Shown: positions 22,132 through 33,770 of the stretch, in pieces
Numbering within the stretch: position 1 is the stretch's first letter
Layout: every line of letters starts with the position of its first letter
Assembly (NCBI RefSeq): GCF_963921235.1
Contig: NC_086109.1
Location: 18,292,001-18,356,000 of the forward strand
DNA from: Mobula hypostoma
Taxonomy: Eukaryota
Length of the DNA: 64,000 nucleotides
Direction: 5' to 3'
Made by a program: the position numbers and the translations under genes
The notes under the pieces: generated by a model
What the model was told of the DNA's origin: nothing
What the model saw: only the letters and a program-made list of their open reading frames with translations
Databases searched by the model: none

Positions 22132-23151
22132 TACAGAGAGAACAACAGAGTTAATGCCAGAACTGCTCTGACACAAGGAATGGTTATGTGAAATTAGCAC
22201 CATGGGATCACATACAGCACAGAAACAGGACCTTTGGTCCACTTTGTGCCGACTATCAGGTACCCATTTGTATTATCCAATTAACCAGTCCACAGCCCAC
22301 TATGCCTTTGTGACCAAAATTGTTCAAAGTCAAATTTATAATCAAAGTATGTATGTGTCACAATTCAATACTTTGAGATTCATTTTCTCGCAGGCATTTA
22401 CAGGAAAATAAATACAATAAAATTTATGAAAATCTCTATATAAGAAAAGATTGACTAATAAGCAAGGTGCAAAATAGGGCAGATTGAAGAAATAAGTAAA
22501 AATAAAAGTACTGAATCTCACCAGCTGCAATGTGTCTGTTGGAAGGTCTGTTCTGTTCTTTGAGCTTTATTGGACTGTGACAGAAAGATGACAGTGGGAG
22601 AGATTATGAAGTTCCAGTGAAGTGGAATTTTGGCTCAATCTGTGTAGCCGAACCAAATGATCACTGAATCTGTTTCATAAAGGAGATCACATCATGATCA
22701 CTGAATGCTAAATTCCAACCCACCCTTCCACAATACACGAACCCACCACCACTATCATTTCTTGTCATTCACCTTGTGCACAGACACTCCTGTGCTTTAT
22801 GGATATACAATCAATCTATTTATACAAGCTATCTTATGTATTTATATTTGTGCATTTTTATCATTGTGTTCTTTACATTATTGTATATCTTGTGCTGCAT
22901 TGGACCTGGAGTAACTATTGTTTCATTCTCCTTTACGCTTGTGTACTGGAAATGACATTAAACAATCTCGAATCTTGAGTCTAAATTGAGAGAAGTTGCT
23001 ACAGCACCTGGAAGTACCCTTTGGGTTCCTGGATGTGATGAAGGGGAGGGGCTGAATGTCAGGTTGTCCCATCTTGTGAATGCCCCTGAGAAAGGAATGG
23101 CTGATGGAGACAGTTCAGACCATGCATCTATGTGGGTTCATTTAAAAAGTA

Positions 23152-24214
23152 CAGTACTATGCAAAAGCTTCATGCACAGATGTTCAGCTTGGGTGCCTCT
23201 GACTTTATTGCACAGTACAGTGGTAATTCTATGTATTGCACTGTACTGCTGTAAATAAAATTCAGATTTTGTGACATATGAGTGGCCATAAATCTGATTC
23301 TGATATGTGTCTCTATCATGGACCGAGTGTAGGAAGGAGGCAGGAAGAATGGGAATCAAGGTTGGGAAAAGGGGAAGGGAGAAGGGGAGGAGTGAGAAGG
23401 ACCAGGGAGAGGTTCTGTAATGATCAATAACCCATTTGTTTGGACTCAAATGACCTTGCCTGGTGTCTCAGGGTTGGATATGTCTGCACCCACGCCACCT
23501 CCCGTCCCTGACACTCCTCCTCTGCCACCTGTCCTCCACCCTCGCCAATCCCAACATCCTTTGCTCCCAGCAACACACATCAAAGTTGCCGGTGAACGCA
23601 GCAGGCCAGGCAGCATCTCTAGGAAGAGGTGCAGTCGAAGTTTCGGGCCGAGACCCTTCGTAAGGACTAACTGAAAGAAGAGCTAGTAAGAGATTTGAAA
23701 GTGGGAGGGGGAGATCCAAAATGATAGGAGAAGACAGGAGGGGGAGGGATGGAGCCAAGAGCTGGACAGTTGATTGGCGAAAGGGATATGAGAGGATCAT
23801 GGGACAGGAGGCCTAGGGAGAAAGAAAAGGGGGAGGGGGGGAAAAAGCCCAGAGGATGGGCAAGGGGTATAGTCAGAGGGACAGAGGGAGAAAAAGGAGA
23901 GAGAGGAAAAAAATTGTGTGTATATAAATAAATAACGGATGGGGTGTGAGGGGAGATGTGGGGCATTAGCGGAAGTTTGAGAAGTCAATGTTTTCGAGGG
24001 GGAGGTGGGGCATTAGCGGTACGAGGGGGAGGTGGTCAGCAATTTCACCAGCAACTTTTCTGTGTTGCTTGAAATTCCAGCATCTGCAGATTTCCTCATG
24101 TTTGCATCCTTTGCTCCCATCAGGTTTACAAACTTGCTCTCCACTCCATATCAATGAATACAGTACTGTGCAACAATCTTAGATATATATACCTAAGGCC
24201 TTTACACAGTACTG
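23152..24214 (-). mobile_element. Composite Tc1-type element, copy 3 (reverse orientation), split by a Penelope-like insertion
   Basis: Mini-MITE at each end (23152-23220, 24161-24214); body is the reverse complement of copies 2, 4 and 5. Confidence 0.8.
23570..24104 (-). mobile_element. Penelope-like element 3' end with inverted terminal piece
   Basis: 15-bp TSD CATCCTTTGCTCCCA (23555-23569, 24105-24119); ORF end NIDFSNFR* on the minus strand at ~23966-23992; decayed hammerhead motif at ~23632-23669. Confidence 0.8.
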
Positions 24215-24789
24215 TGACTTGTGCTGAATTCCAATCCCCTCTCATCCTGTAGTCAGAGTCGTACATCAGGGAAGCAAGCCTTTTAATTCAACTGATCCAT
24301 ACCAATCAGGATTCCCATCGAAGCTAAAATGTATCTTATTTTCAGGTACATATCCTCTTCATTTTAATTTCCAATGTCTTGCTAATGATTTAAAAACTAT
24401 GATCTCTGGTTTTTGGACATCCACAGGAAATCGTTCTTTTGTGTAATCCTTCAAATCGTTTCATCTTCCTGAAAGCTTCTCCATCTCCTCGAGGAGAACA
24501 CTTAAACTGAAATCCTTCAATTCTGCTATTTTAACATCAGGTTCATCAGTTCCAGTTTGATATCTGAGCGGTTCTCATCTCTTCCTTTTGTAGCTTGCTA
24601 CTTTTGATCTTCAGTTGGATCTGATTTCTCTGGCTTAGAGCAGCTCACAAAGACATTTGCAAAGGGAATTCATCAAGTTATTATAAACGAGACACCAAAG
24701 ATGCTTGAAGTAAATTGGACTGAGTGTTCCTGCTTCAGTTCAAGTCCTGTGGCCTTAAACTGTCAATTTCCAATTTATATTAAATCTAC

Positions 24790-25316
24790 TGTACTGTGCA
24801 AAAGTCTTCGACACCCTAGATTTCTTAGATGGCTTTAGAAGGTATGGCCGCCAGGGTCGTGATCTCAACATCAGTGAGGGTGCCTGGGATTACCTGGAGA
24901 GACAGAAGCAAGCGAGACAGCCAAAGTCTGTAGAAGAACTGGCAAGTTCTCCAAGATGCTTGGAACAACCTGCCAGCTGATTTACTTATAAAACTGCGCG
25001 ACAGAGACTTGATGTAGTTTTAAAGGCAAATGTTGATTTGTTTTAGTTTTTTACTGACTTGAATAAGTCTGTATAGATCCTGGAATTCCAAAGCAACACA
25101 CAAAATGTAGGAGGAACTCAGCAGGTCATGCGGCATCTATAGAAAAGGGTACACAGTTGATGTTTTGGGCCAAGACCCTTCTTCATTGTTTTTTCACTGT
25201 TTACCGATCTTTATACTAATTTTTTTTGATACTTAGAAATGTCTCATTATTTTAGAAGGCAGCTTCACTTTACAGAAATTTTTTTACGTGTGCCTAAGAG
25301 GTTTGCACAATACCGT
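24790..25316 (+). mobile_element. Internally deleted Tc1 transposon with transposase C-terminal remnant
   Basis: TIRs gtactgtgcaaaagtctt / cctaagaggtttgcacaatac; reads WPP..DLNISEGAWDYLERQKQARQPKSVEEL (Tc1 WPxxSPDLNPIE region). Contains a Penelope fragment at 25080-25185. Confidence 0.8.
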
Positions 25317-26559
25317 TTATAAGTGAAGGAAGGCATAGATTGAAATCAATGTGCTACAGTGTCACTGTAGAGCAGCTAATAGCACGGCTAAATGATGAGC
25401 TGCATAGAATGATGGGTGTGTGAACAGAAAGAGGCACAAAGACAAGACATGTTAGCAGAATGGTTTCAACAAGTAAATGCTTCCAAGCTTTGCCACCTTT
25501 GCTAGTCCTGCTTTGCTGTGCAGTACCTTCTTGGCTTTAACTGAACACTGTTGCATTTTATTCCACTGAAGTCAGTGACAAAGACCTTCAGGAGTGGACT
25601 ACAATGCATACTCCTGCTTCAATGCATGTTTTAGCATCAATAGCCAAGGATGAATTTCTGCCCCATCTGTGTCTGATTATTAACATTACTGATGGATAGC
25701 ACATTAATTGTCTGTTTGAACTCAAACTTTGGCATTGATCCAACACACAGAATGACTGCTACCATCCGGCTCAATAGTCCAAATTTAGTAACATACTCAG
25801 GCTTTTCTGTTTTTTCATTAGTGGCCACTGTCCTAAGGCTGGAAGCGAGACCAATGACTCTTCTGGGGAGTCTTTGATCTGAATCAAAAGTCCATGTCAT
25901 GCATAATCTAAAGATTTAAAGATGAGCTTTATTTGTCACATGTACATCAAAATATATAGTGAAATATGCTGTTTACATCAACGACCCACACAGTCTGAGA
26001 TGTGGGGCAAGTGTCACCACACTTCTGACGCTAACATTACATGCCCATAATTTACTAATCCTAACTTGTACATCTTTGGAATGTGCGAGGAAACCCATGC
26101 AGTCATGGGGAGAACAAATAAACTGCTTAAAAACACAGGCGGGTATTGAACCTGATCCTACAGCTGCTGCTGTAAAACATCACGCTATCTTTTACACTAC
26201 TGTACCATCCTCCTTTGAATGTTTGATTCTGAAGTGGGATGACTGAATTGGGATGTATTTTGTTAGTGCAGGCAAAGCATACAAAATTCAAACACTTCCA
26301 CATGTTTATCCCCAGCTCTCAGAGAGGCCATTGCATTTGCTTTGACCTTGAGTTACTGGGATGCAGTAATGGTTGTAGTTACATTGATACCTGGTGGTTG
26401 CTTGGAAGATCTTCTCTGCTTTGTCCACTCACCTCAACAGGCAGAGTTCCTGGTCTCCTCCACCGGGTGAGACGAGGTGGTAGGGGACATGAGAACACTT
26501 GCAAGGAGTCTTAATATCAAGTTCAGGTCAAAAGGAGTCTTCATTGTCACACAGGATGG

Positions 26560-26880
26560 CATGGTACCCTCATGGTCAGTGTAAAGCTTTCCAGTACCAG
26601 CTGTGAGATTGGGGTTCGATTACCACTGCTGTCTGTAAGGAGTTTGTACGTTCTCCCCGTGACCTTGTGGGCTTCCTTTGTCCGCTCTAGTTTCCTCCTA
26701 CCTTCCAAAGTGTTAGTAAGTTGTGGGCATGCGATGTTGGCTCTGGAAGTGCACTGACACTTGCGGGCTTCCCCCAGCACATCCTCTGACTGTGCTGGTC
26801 ACGAACGCAAATGATGGATTTCACTGTATGTTTCGATGCACATATGACCAGACCAGCAGAGTTAATCATTAATCTTTAAC
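26560..26880 (+). mobile_element. V-domain SINE
   Basis: B-box ggggttcgattacc; core gttctccccgtgaccttgtgggcttcc. Similar copies at ~25915-26200(-), 27250-27760(-), 29950-30220(-), 34930-35220(+), 38915-39200(+), 43180-43490(+), 45840-46030(-). Confidence 0.75.
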
Positions 26881-27812
26881 TTCTCCGCTCCAAGTTACAC
26901 TGCTGGGTACAAAAGTATTGGAGACTGTGAGTGTACTCCTAGAGATTAGATCCACGGGCCACGTGGTACAACGACCTTTATTGCTGTACCCATGACATGA
27001 CTCTGCGTGATTTCCTGCCGCAGTTTGAAGATGTTAGAGGTAACATGAAGTTCCGAAAGAAACCCATTGTTTCATCCTGGCTACATTATATCAATGCAAT
27101 TAAATATATGATGTCTCAGCTGCTCCAGAAAAAAACAAGTATATATACTCTCTTTCCAGCCAACAAGGGAGGGTTTAGAATGGGGCTTTAACACAATTTT
27201 ACTGCACAGTGAAAGGACCCTTGGTCTAGTGGCTCAGTACAGACAAAGATAAAGATTGGCTTTGCTTATCACATGTACATCAAAATATGCAGTGAAATGC
27301 CAACATAATTGGAGGTGTGCTGGGTGCAGCCCACAAATGTCGCCATGCTCCCAGCACCAACATTGTATCCCCACAATTTACTAACCATAACTTGCACATC
27401 TTTGGAATGTGGGAGGAAATTGGAGCTTCTGGATGAAAACCAAGTTCAAGTTCTAGTTTAATTGTCATCCAAACTTGCATGATTGCAGCCAAACAAAACC
27501 AGCGTTACCCTGGGGCCAAGGTACAAAACACAGTACCAACAGTCACACGCAGCACAAGGCACATACAAGATATCTGTAAAATGCAGTCACATCAGAAACA
27601 AGTCCAAGACCCTGAGTCCATGAATGTTGCAGCAGTCTGCAATCCGCATTACCATGAGGTCATGGGAAGAACGTACAAATTCTTTACGGTCCACAGTGGG
27701 TATCGAAACACATTCTTACAGCTGCTGCCATAAAGAGTGACGCAAACTGCTATGTTACCAAGATATTTCTTGTACTGTTGACCAGGTGTGTTAATTGTTT
27801 CTCACTCTGCAG

Positions 27813-27972
27813 TTACCCGTGCCTGTGGCCGTGCTTTTCCTGATGTGCAAGCAGGGATTCAGGGGCTGCTGTAGCAAGAAAAATGCACCCCTCTTGCCAG
27901 CCGAGGAACTGCCCTCAGACCTGCAGATGGACAGATTATCAACAAGGCAGGAGATGACGTTAAATGCCAAAG
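27813..27972 (+). CDS. MFSD4A: MFSD4A-like exon 4 equivalent
   Basis: ctctgcAG acceptor, GTAGGT donor, 160 nt, phase 0/1. Reads LPVPVAVLFLMCKQGFRGCCSKKNAPLLPAEEL... Confidence 0.9.
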
Positions 27973-29414
27973 GTAGGTACAGCGTAGCCATGAACACGAT
28001 AAACACTGTTAGCTTTGAGTGCATGTATATGTGTCATCTCACGTGGACATTGGGTTGTTGGGCCTCTGACTCGGGCGATGCCCCGGTTGTCACCAATTAA
28101 CTGAGCTCTGACAACTTGCACTAGTTTCTCAATCAACCTTTATTTACTTGTGCAGAAGAGCAACATGTCCTCTGTCACTAAACTATTCTGAAGTTTGAAC
28201 AAAGAAATGCCAATTTTATACATAAATTGACTAGTTGTGTACCTAAGTTGATCCAATAGAAACTTTGTGCACTTCTGAATCCTGTCATTTGCATATTTAA
28301 GTACCAATCATACATATTTCAGCAGATAACCAATTGAATCCGTTGTTAGTTAATAATTGGTAAAATAACTGTCCACTAGTAAGTGTTGCCCTAGAATTCT
28401 TCATTTGCATCTTTATCCTGTTTTGGTATGCTTGGTGACCTTGGCTCCCAGGCTTGAACAGAAAGGCTGTACAGGAGTTTGGCTTTCAAGAGTCACGTTC
28501 AACCCGGGTAACTGGGCTATGTGTGCACACCATCCCTGTCAGCTTATCCTCATGATTGTTGCCTTAGTGAGCTTTCAAGCAGAGAAAGGCTGTACAAATT
28601 GTCCCCGCTCTGTTTGGGTTAGCACACCATTTTAACCCTTGCTTTACTGCAGTTTCAACAACCGACTGCAGAGATGTTGGAACTCCGAATGCCATTCTCA
28701 CTTTAGCTGGGTGAGATGTTTCGCTAAGTACCCTTGTCAGACCTCTCGGGCACAGGTTGAAGACTACATCGCACAGGAGACTATTATTAGTCGTCATCAC
28801 CAATCTCTCAGCTCACAGACCATCTGGTACCTTTGTAGCTGTTAGACACGAGAGATTCTGCAGATGCTGGAAATCAAGAACAACACACACAAAATGCTGG
28901 AGTGACCCAGCAACCATATAAAAGGTCTTGGCCGGAAACGTTGACTGTTCCCCTCCATAGATGCTGACTGACCTGCTGAGTTCCTCCAGCATTTTGTGTG
29001 TGTGTTGCCCTTTGTAAATGCTGCTCTGCACTAACTGGCTGCTGCATTTGGAAGATACTACACTTCCAAAATGTAGGGGTGGGGGGCAGGTAAGGACTTA
29101 AAGTGGTAGAGAAGCTCAGCAGAGCAGGAAATGTCTGTGGAAGGAGAAACACTTAATGTTTCAGATGAAGGACCTTTCATCAGATCTCAAAAGAAGTCAT
29201 TGGCTTTGGGGCTTTCCTGGTCTGTGCTGGTTTGGAGGCCTGTCTGTGTGTATGAGAGTGGGAGGGTGGGAAAGGGGTTTTGTGTGGTTCTGATGAACAT
29301 TGTGGGCTTGCTATGTTGGTGCCAGAATGTTTGGCAACACTTGGTGGGCGGCTCCCAGCACATCATTAGGTCTATTGGTCGTTACTACAAATGACAGACT
29401 TCAATGGATGTTTC

Positions 29415-29930
29415 CATAAGATGCAGAACAGAATTAGGCCATTCTGCTCTGCCATTCCATCATGGCTGATTTAATATCCCCATCACCCCATTCTTCTGCC
29501 TTCTCCTCATAACCTTTGATGCCCTTACTAATCAAGAACCTATCAACCTCTGCTTTAAGTATACCAAACAACTTGGCCTCCACAGCTATCTGTGGCAATG
29601 AATTCCACAGAATCACAACCCTCTGGCTAAAGAAGGTCCTATTCATCTGTTCTAAAGAGATGTCCCTCTATTCTGAGGCTGTTACTCTCTGGTCCTAGAC
29701 TCCCCCACCATAGGAAACATCCTTTCCACATCAACTCTATCTTGGACCTTCAATATTTGATGGGTTTCAGTGGGGTCTCCCCCATTCTTCTAAACTCCAG
29801 TGAGTACAGGCCCAGGGCCATCCAATGTTCTTTGTATGTTATCCCTTTCATTCCCAGGATCACCACCTCCAGACCCTCTCCAACGCCGGCACATCCTTTG
29901 TCAGATAAGGGGCCTAAAATTGCTCACAGT
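29415..29930 (-). mobile_element. CR1 3' fragment
   Basis: ORF 29434..29646: FFSQRVVILWNSLPQIAVEA. Confidence 0.8.
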
Positions 29931-30390
29931 AATTGAGCTTCCAATCTATTTATTTATTGAGATACAGAGAACAATAAGCCCTTCTGGTCAGTCAGCTGCC
30001 CCCTGCCTCTGATTTTACTGTCACCTAATCACAGGACAGTTTACAATGACCAATTAATCTATCAACTGGTACGTCTTTGGACTATGGGTGGATACGGGTG
30101 CACCCGGAGACAACCCACACAGTCACGGGGAGAGTGTACAAAACTCCTCACAGGCAGCGGTGGGAATTGAACCCCGGGTCGCCTGTACTGTAAACCGTTG
30201 TGCTAACCACTATGCTACAAGTGATAAATGAATCTGTATAATGAATGGTACAATAATAAAACAAAATCTTTTATTGACGTGAGACAGTGAGAATTAGTTT
30301 TTAAAAAAGAATGACGCTTGAGTGTTTGACTAGTTGCCTCATTATCAAATGGATGAAAGCTGAACGACAACCTCATTTTATTATCCCTCC

Positions 30391-30735
30391 TAATAGTAGT
30401 AGGCAGCCGTCAATCCCAGGGGATATTGAGTTTGTGCCTCTGGTGGACTGTGTCCTCTCCAGGGCACAGGCCTGGGTGGGAAGATTTGAAGAACCGGCTG
30501 TTCCCCATGCAGTGGGCTCCCCCTCTCCATGTCACTGATGTTGTCCAAGGGAAGGGCAAACACTGGTAGAGCTTGGCACCAGTGTCGTCGCAGAGGCTGC
30601 CAGAGTGAAGTTGTAAACAACATCAAACTGCCTTGGGGACCCTGGCTTCGGATTTCTTCCTCGGAGTTTACTCCCAAAGCCTCTCCCATGGATGGGTCTG
30701 GCCGCAAGGCAGCGGAGGTTTAAAATCAGTTTTCC
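30391..30735 (-). mobile_element. Bipartite non-autonomous RTE derivative (5' leader joined to 3' end)
   Basis: Reverse complement aligns by eye to 18413-18697, then switches to sequence resembling 22081-22133, ending gacggctgcctactacta. Confidence 0.8.
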
Positions 30736-31199
30736 TGTGCCCCCCCCCCGCCCCATAGACCTCCACAAAAATAAGAACAGGAGATGTAACTGGGGATGCA
30801 AGTGCACTGCAATCTCTCCTGTACCATTATATTAAATACTCAGATCTCCCAGAGCTCTTTCAAACCCTGCCAACACCTCCTGAATGCAATGCTGGTTCCT
30901 GTCACTGCTGTGCAAGACTGCCTACAATTGAAACATAAAAATGAGAACTTAAATACAACTGTTCATTTAGGTGACTCGGTTGTTGCCAGCAGAAGCTGTG
31001 AACCAGTCATCTATAACACACTGAGGAATTCCATTTTGTTCTTGGACACTTATTTTATTAAAATGGTTTATTAATTGGCCCATTACCAACCTAAATTATA
31101 ACTATGATTTTTTTACATTAAAGTTAACCTGATTTTTGAAAAGAATTTTCGGCTGTGTAATAATATTAGAAAATAACTGTCCTCAAGTCACTAAATTTC

Positions 31200-31690
31200 A
31201 AGGGTACAAGAGCCGTGAGATAATTTTGCATCTCTATAAAGCCCTGGTTAGACTGCGCTTGGAATATTCTGTTGCTTTGCTATAGGAAGGATGTGGAATC
31301 CTTACAGAGGTTCAGAAGAGATTTACTGGGATGCAGTATAGGCGAACTTGATAGAGGTGTACAAGCTGTGAAGAGGTATAGATAGAGTGGACAGCCAGAA
31401 ACATTTTCCCAGCGTGGAAATGCCTAATACGGGGCATAATTTTAAGGTGATTGGATTAAAATATAGGAGGGATGTCAGAGGTAGATTTTTTAAACAGAGG
31501 GTGGTAGGAGAGTGGAAAGCACTAACGGGGTTAGTGGTAGAGGGAGCTAAATCGGACGTTTATGTGACCCTTGTGTAGGCACTGGGATGAAAGAAAAACT
31601 TGCGGGAGCCAAGTGTTAGATTGATCTGAGAGTAGGTTAAGTAGTCGGCACAATATCGTGGGCCAAAAGGGCCTGCACTGTTCTATGTTC
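31200..31690 (+). mobile_element. CR1 3' fragment
   Basis: ORF 31387..31578: TGHNFKV..RGRFFKQRVVGEW; ends with gttctatgttc tail. Confidence 0.75.
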
Positions 31691-32128
31691 ATTAAGATCT
31701 CTGCCTTCCCCACACTTTAACCTTTTTGATATATCTAAAAGTACTGAGACTTTCTGGACCATTCACTCCTTGCTTAACACTTGTAGAGAACATGCAGTGT
31801 ATTGTGCTCTGGGTTACACTGACTGGGAGCTCAGTACTGACCTCATTCTACATATCAGAAACGGAGCATATGCACAGGAACCAAGATAAGGACTGTGCTG
31901 ATCCCACCATCACTATTCCCTAACACCCACTCCCTGATCCGCATTAACACTTCAGAACTGAAATTGCTTTATTATCGCCACATATACCAAGATACAGGGA
32001 AAAGCCTGTCATACACACAGATTAATTCATTACACAGTGCATTGAGGCAGAACCAGGTACAACAATAACAATGCAGAATAACAGAGAGAGTGCAGGTAAG
32101 CGATAAAGTGCAAAATCATAATGAGATA

Positions 32129-32861
32129 CAGGACTGCAAAAGCCTCGGGCACATATACATAGCGAGGGTGTCTAAGGCTTTTGCACAGTATATTTGTCAA
32201 TGTGGAGTGGAGAGTGGGTTCGTAAATCTGGCAGGAGCAAGGGATGTTGGAAGTGGCAAAGGTGGAGCGCCACAGGAGGGGAAGTGGGACAGGTGATAGA
32301 GAAGGCGTGCCAAGGACAAAGGATGGCGCAGGTGCAGACAAACCCAGCTCTGAGATGCCAGGCAAGGTTATTTGATTCCAAACAATTGGTTTATTGATCA
32401 TCACAGAATATCTCGCTGGTGCGTCCCACTTCCTCCCCTCTTCCTTCCCCCTTTTCCAACTGTGATTCCCCTTTCCCTGCCTCCTTCCTACTCTCAGTAC
32501 ACAATAGAGATCAATATCAGAATCAGGTTTATCATCACTCACGTTGGTCATAAGATTTTTTTTTGGGGGGGTGGGGTAGTAGTACAGAGCAATGCCTGAA
32601 ATTACTACAGAACTGAGGTATGTGGAATGTACGTAATTCACAACCACCAGCGTTAATTTGGGGTTTCACTTTAAGAGGCTGGTTTGACATGATGACACAA
32701 TTATGTAAAGGGTTTCGTAGTGAGCCTTTGTGTTCAGGTATCAGAGTTTAATAAAATGTGCTGCGGTTTTCCTTAAACATAAAATGTCTCACTTTGTTTT
32801 ATTTATGAAAATCTACATAGGCGCCCTAGCTATATGTGTCTAAGAATCTTGCACAGGATTG
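32129..32861 (+). mobile_element. Composite Tc1-type element, copy 4; right mini-MITE interrupted by a ~200-bp TG...CA insert (32621-32817)
   Basis: Left mini-MITE 32129-32190, shared body, right mini-MITE resumes at 32818 (taggcgccctagctatatgtgtctaagaatcttgcacag). Confidence 0.75.
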
Positions 32862-32869
32862 TGAGATCA

Positions 32870-33540
32870 AGAGGGTTCATCTTGTCATACGAGGGAACCA
32901 TTATAACAAGAGATAGCAGCTGCCTTCTAGTCTGGTGGTACGTGCTTTCAGGCTTTTGTGTCTTTTTCCTAATGGGAGAAAAGGGATGTTCGGGTTGAGC
33001 GGGATCACTGATTGTGTTGGCTGCTTTGCTGAGGGAATGAGAAGTTTGAACAACTTCATGCTGGAGAGGTTTGCTTCGGTGATGTGCTGAGGTGCGACCA
33101 CAACTCACTGCAGCTTCTTGCGGTCACGTGCAGCGCAATAACAATACCAGATGGTGCATCGATAAAAATTGATGAGGGTTGATGTGGACGTGCCAAGTTT
33201 CTTTAGCCTCACTAGGGACTGGAGCCACTGGTGAGCTTCCTTGTCCACAGGACAGGCTATAGGTAATGTTCATTCCTAGGAACTTGACGTTTTCAACACT
33301 CTCAAATTTAGCACCATTGATGTAGAGAGGGGCATGTGCACCCCCTCCCTCCCTGAAGTCACTGATCAACCCTTTTGTTTTGCTGACATTGGGGGGAGCA
33401 GTTGTTAAGTTTCTTGCCATGACACCATGTTACTAAAAGCTCGTTATTCCGCCTGTATTCGGACTCAACATTATTTCAGCTATGGCTCACTACGGTGGTA
33501 TCAACAGCAAACTTGTAGATGGAGTTGGTACAGAACACAA
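32870..33540 (-). mobile_element. Rex/Babar-type LINE fragment
   Basis: ORF 33124..33420: NVSKTKGLISDFR..PLYING...VENVKFLG; 3' part resembles RTTRLxxS. Confidence 0.7.
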
Positions 33541-33574
33541 CTATGCGGTACTGACTTTACAGGGCGTATTATAG

Positions 33575-33770
33575 GGGGACGGTGGATTAGTAGCATCACT
33601 GCAGGACTTCGAGGCGAATGGTCCTGAGTTCAAATCCAGCCAGCTACTTGCGCGCCTTCCATCCGTGCTAGGTTGAGCGTCGAGCTAGTAACCCGGCCCT
33701 ATATAGACAAATGCTAATGAAACGGCAAGGTTGCCAGCCGATGTGCCACAAAGCGTGGAAAGGAACAACA
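33575..33770 (+). mobile_element. tRNA-derived SINE of a second (non-V-domain) family
   Basis: A-box-like ggtggattagtag, B-box gagttcaaatcc (33626-33637), CpG-rich body, aacaaca tail. Confidence 0.55.

Noticed and set aside
23632..23669. Hammerhead motif on the minus strand
   Set aside because: Core reads CTTACGA rather than CTGANGA; probably inactive.
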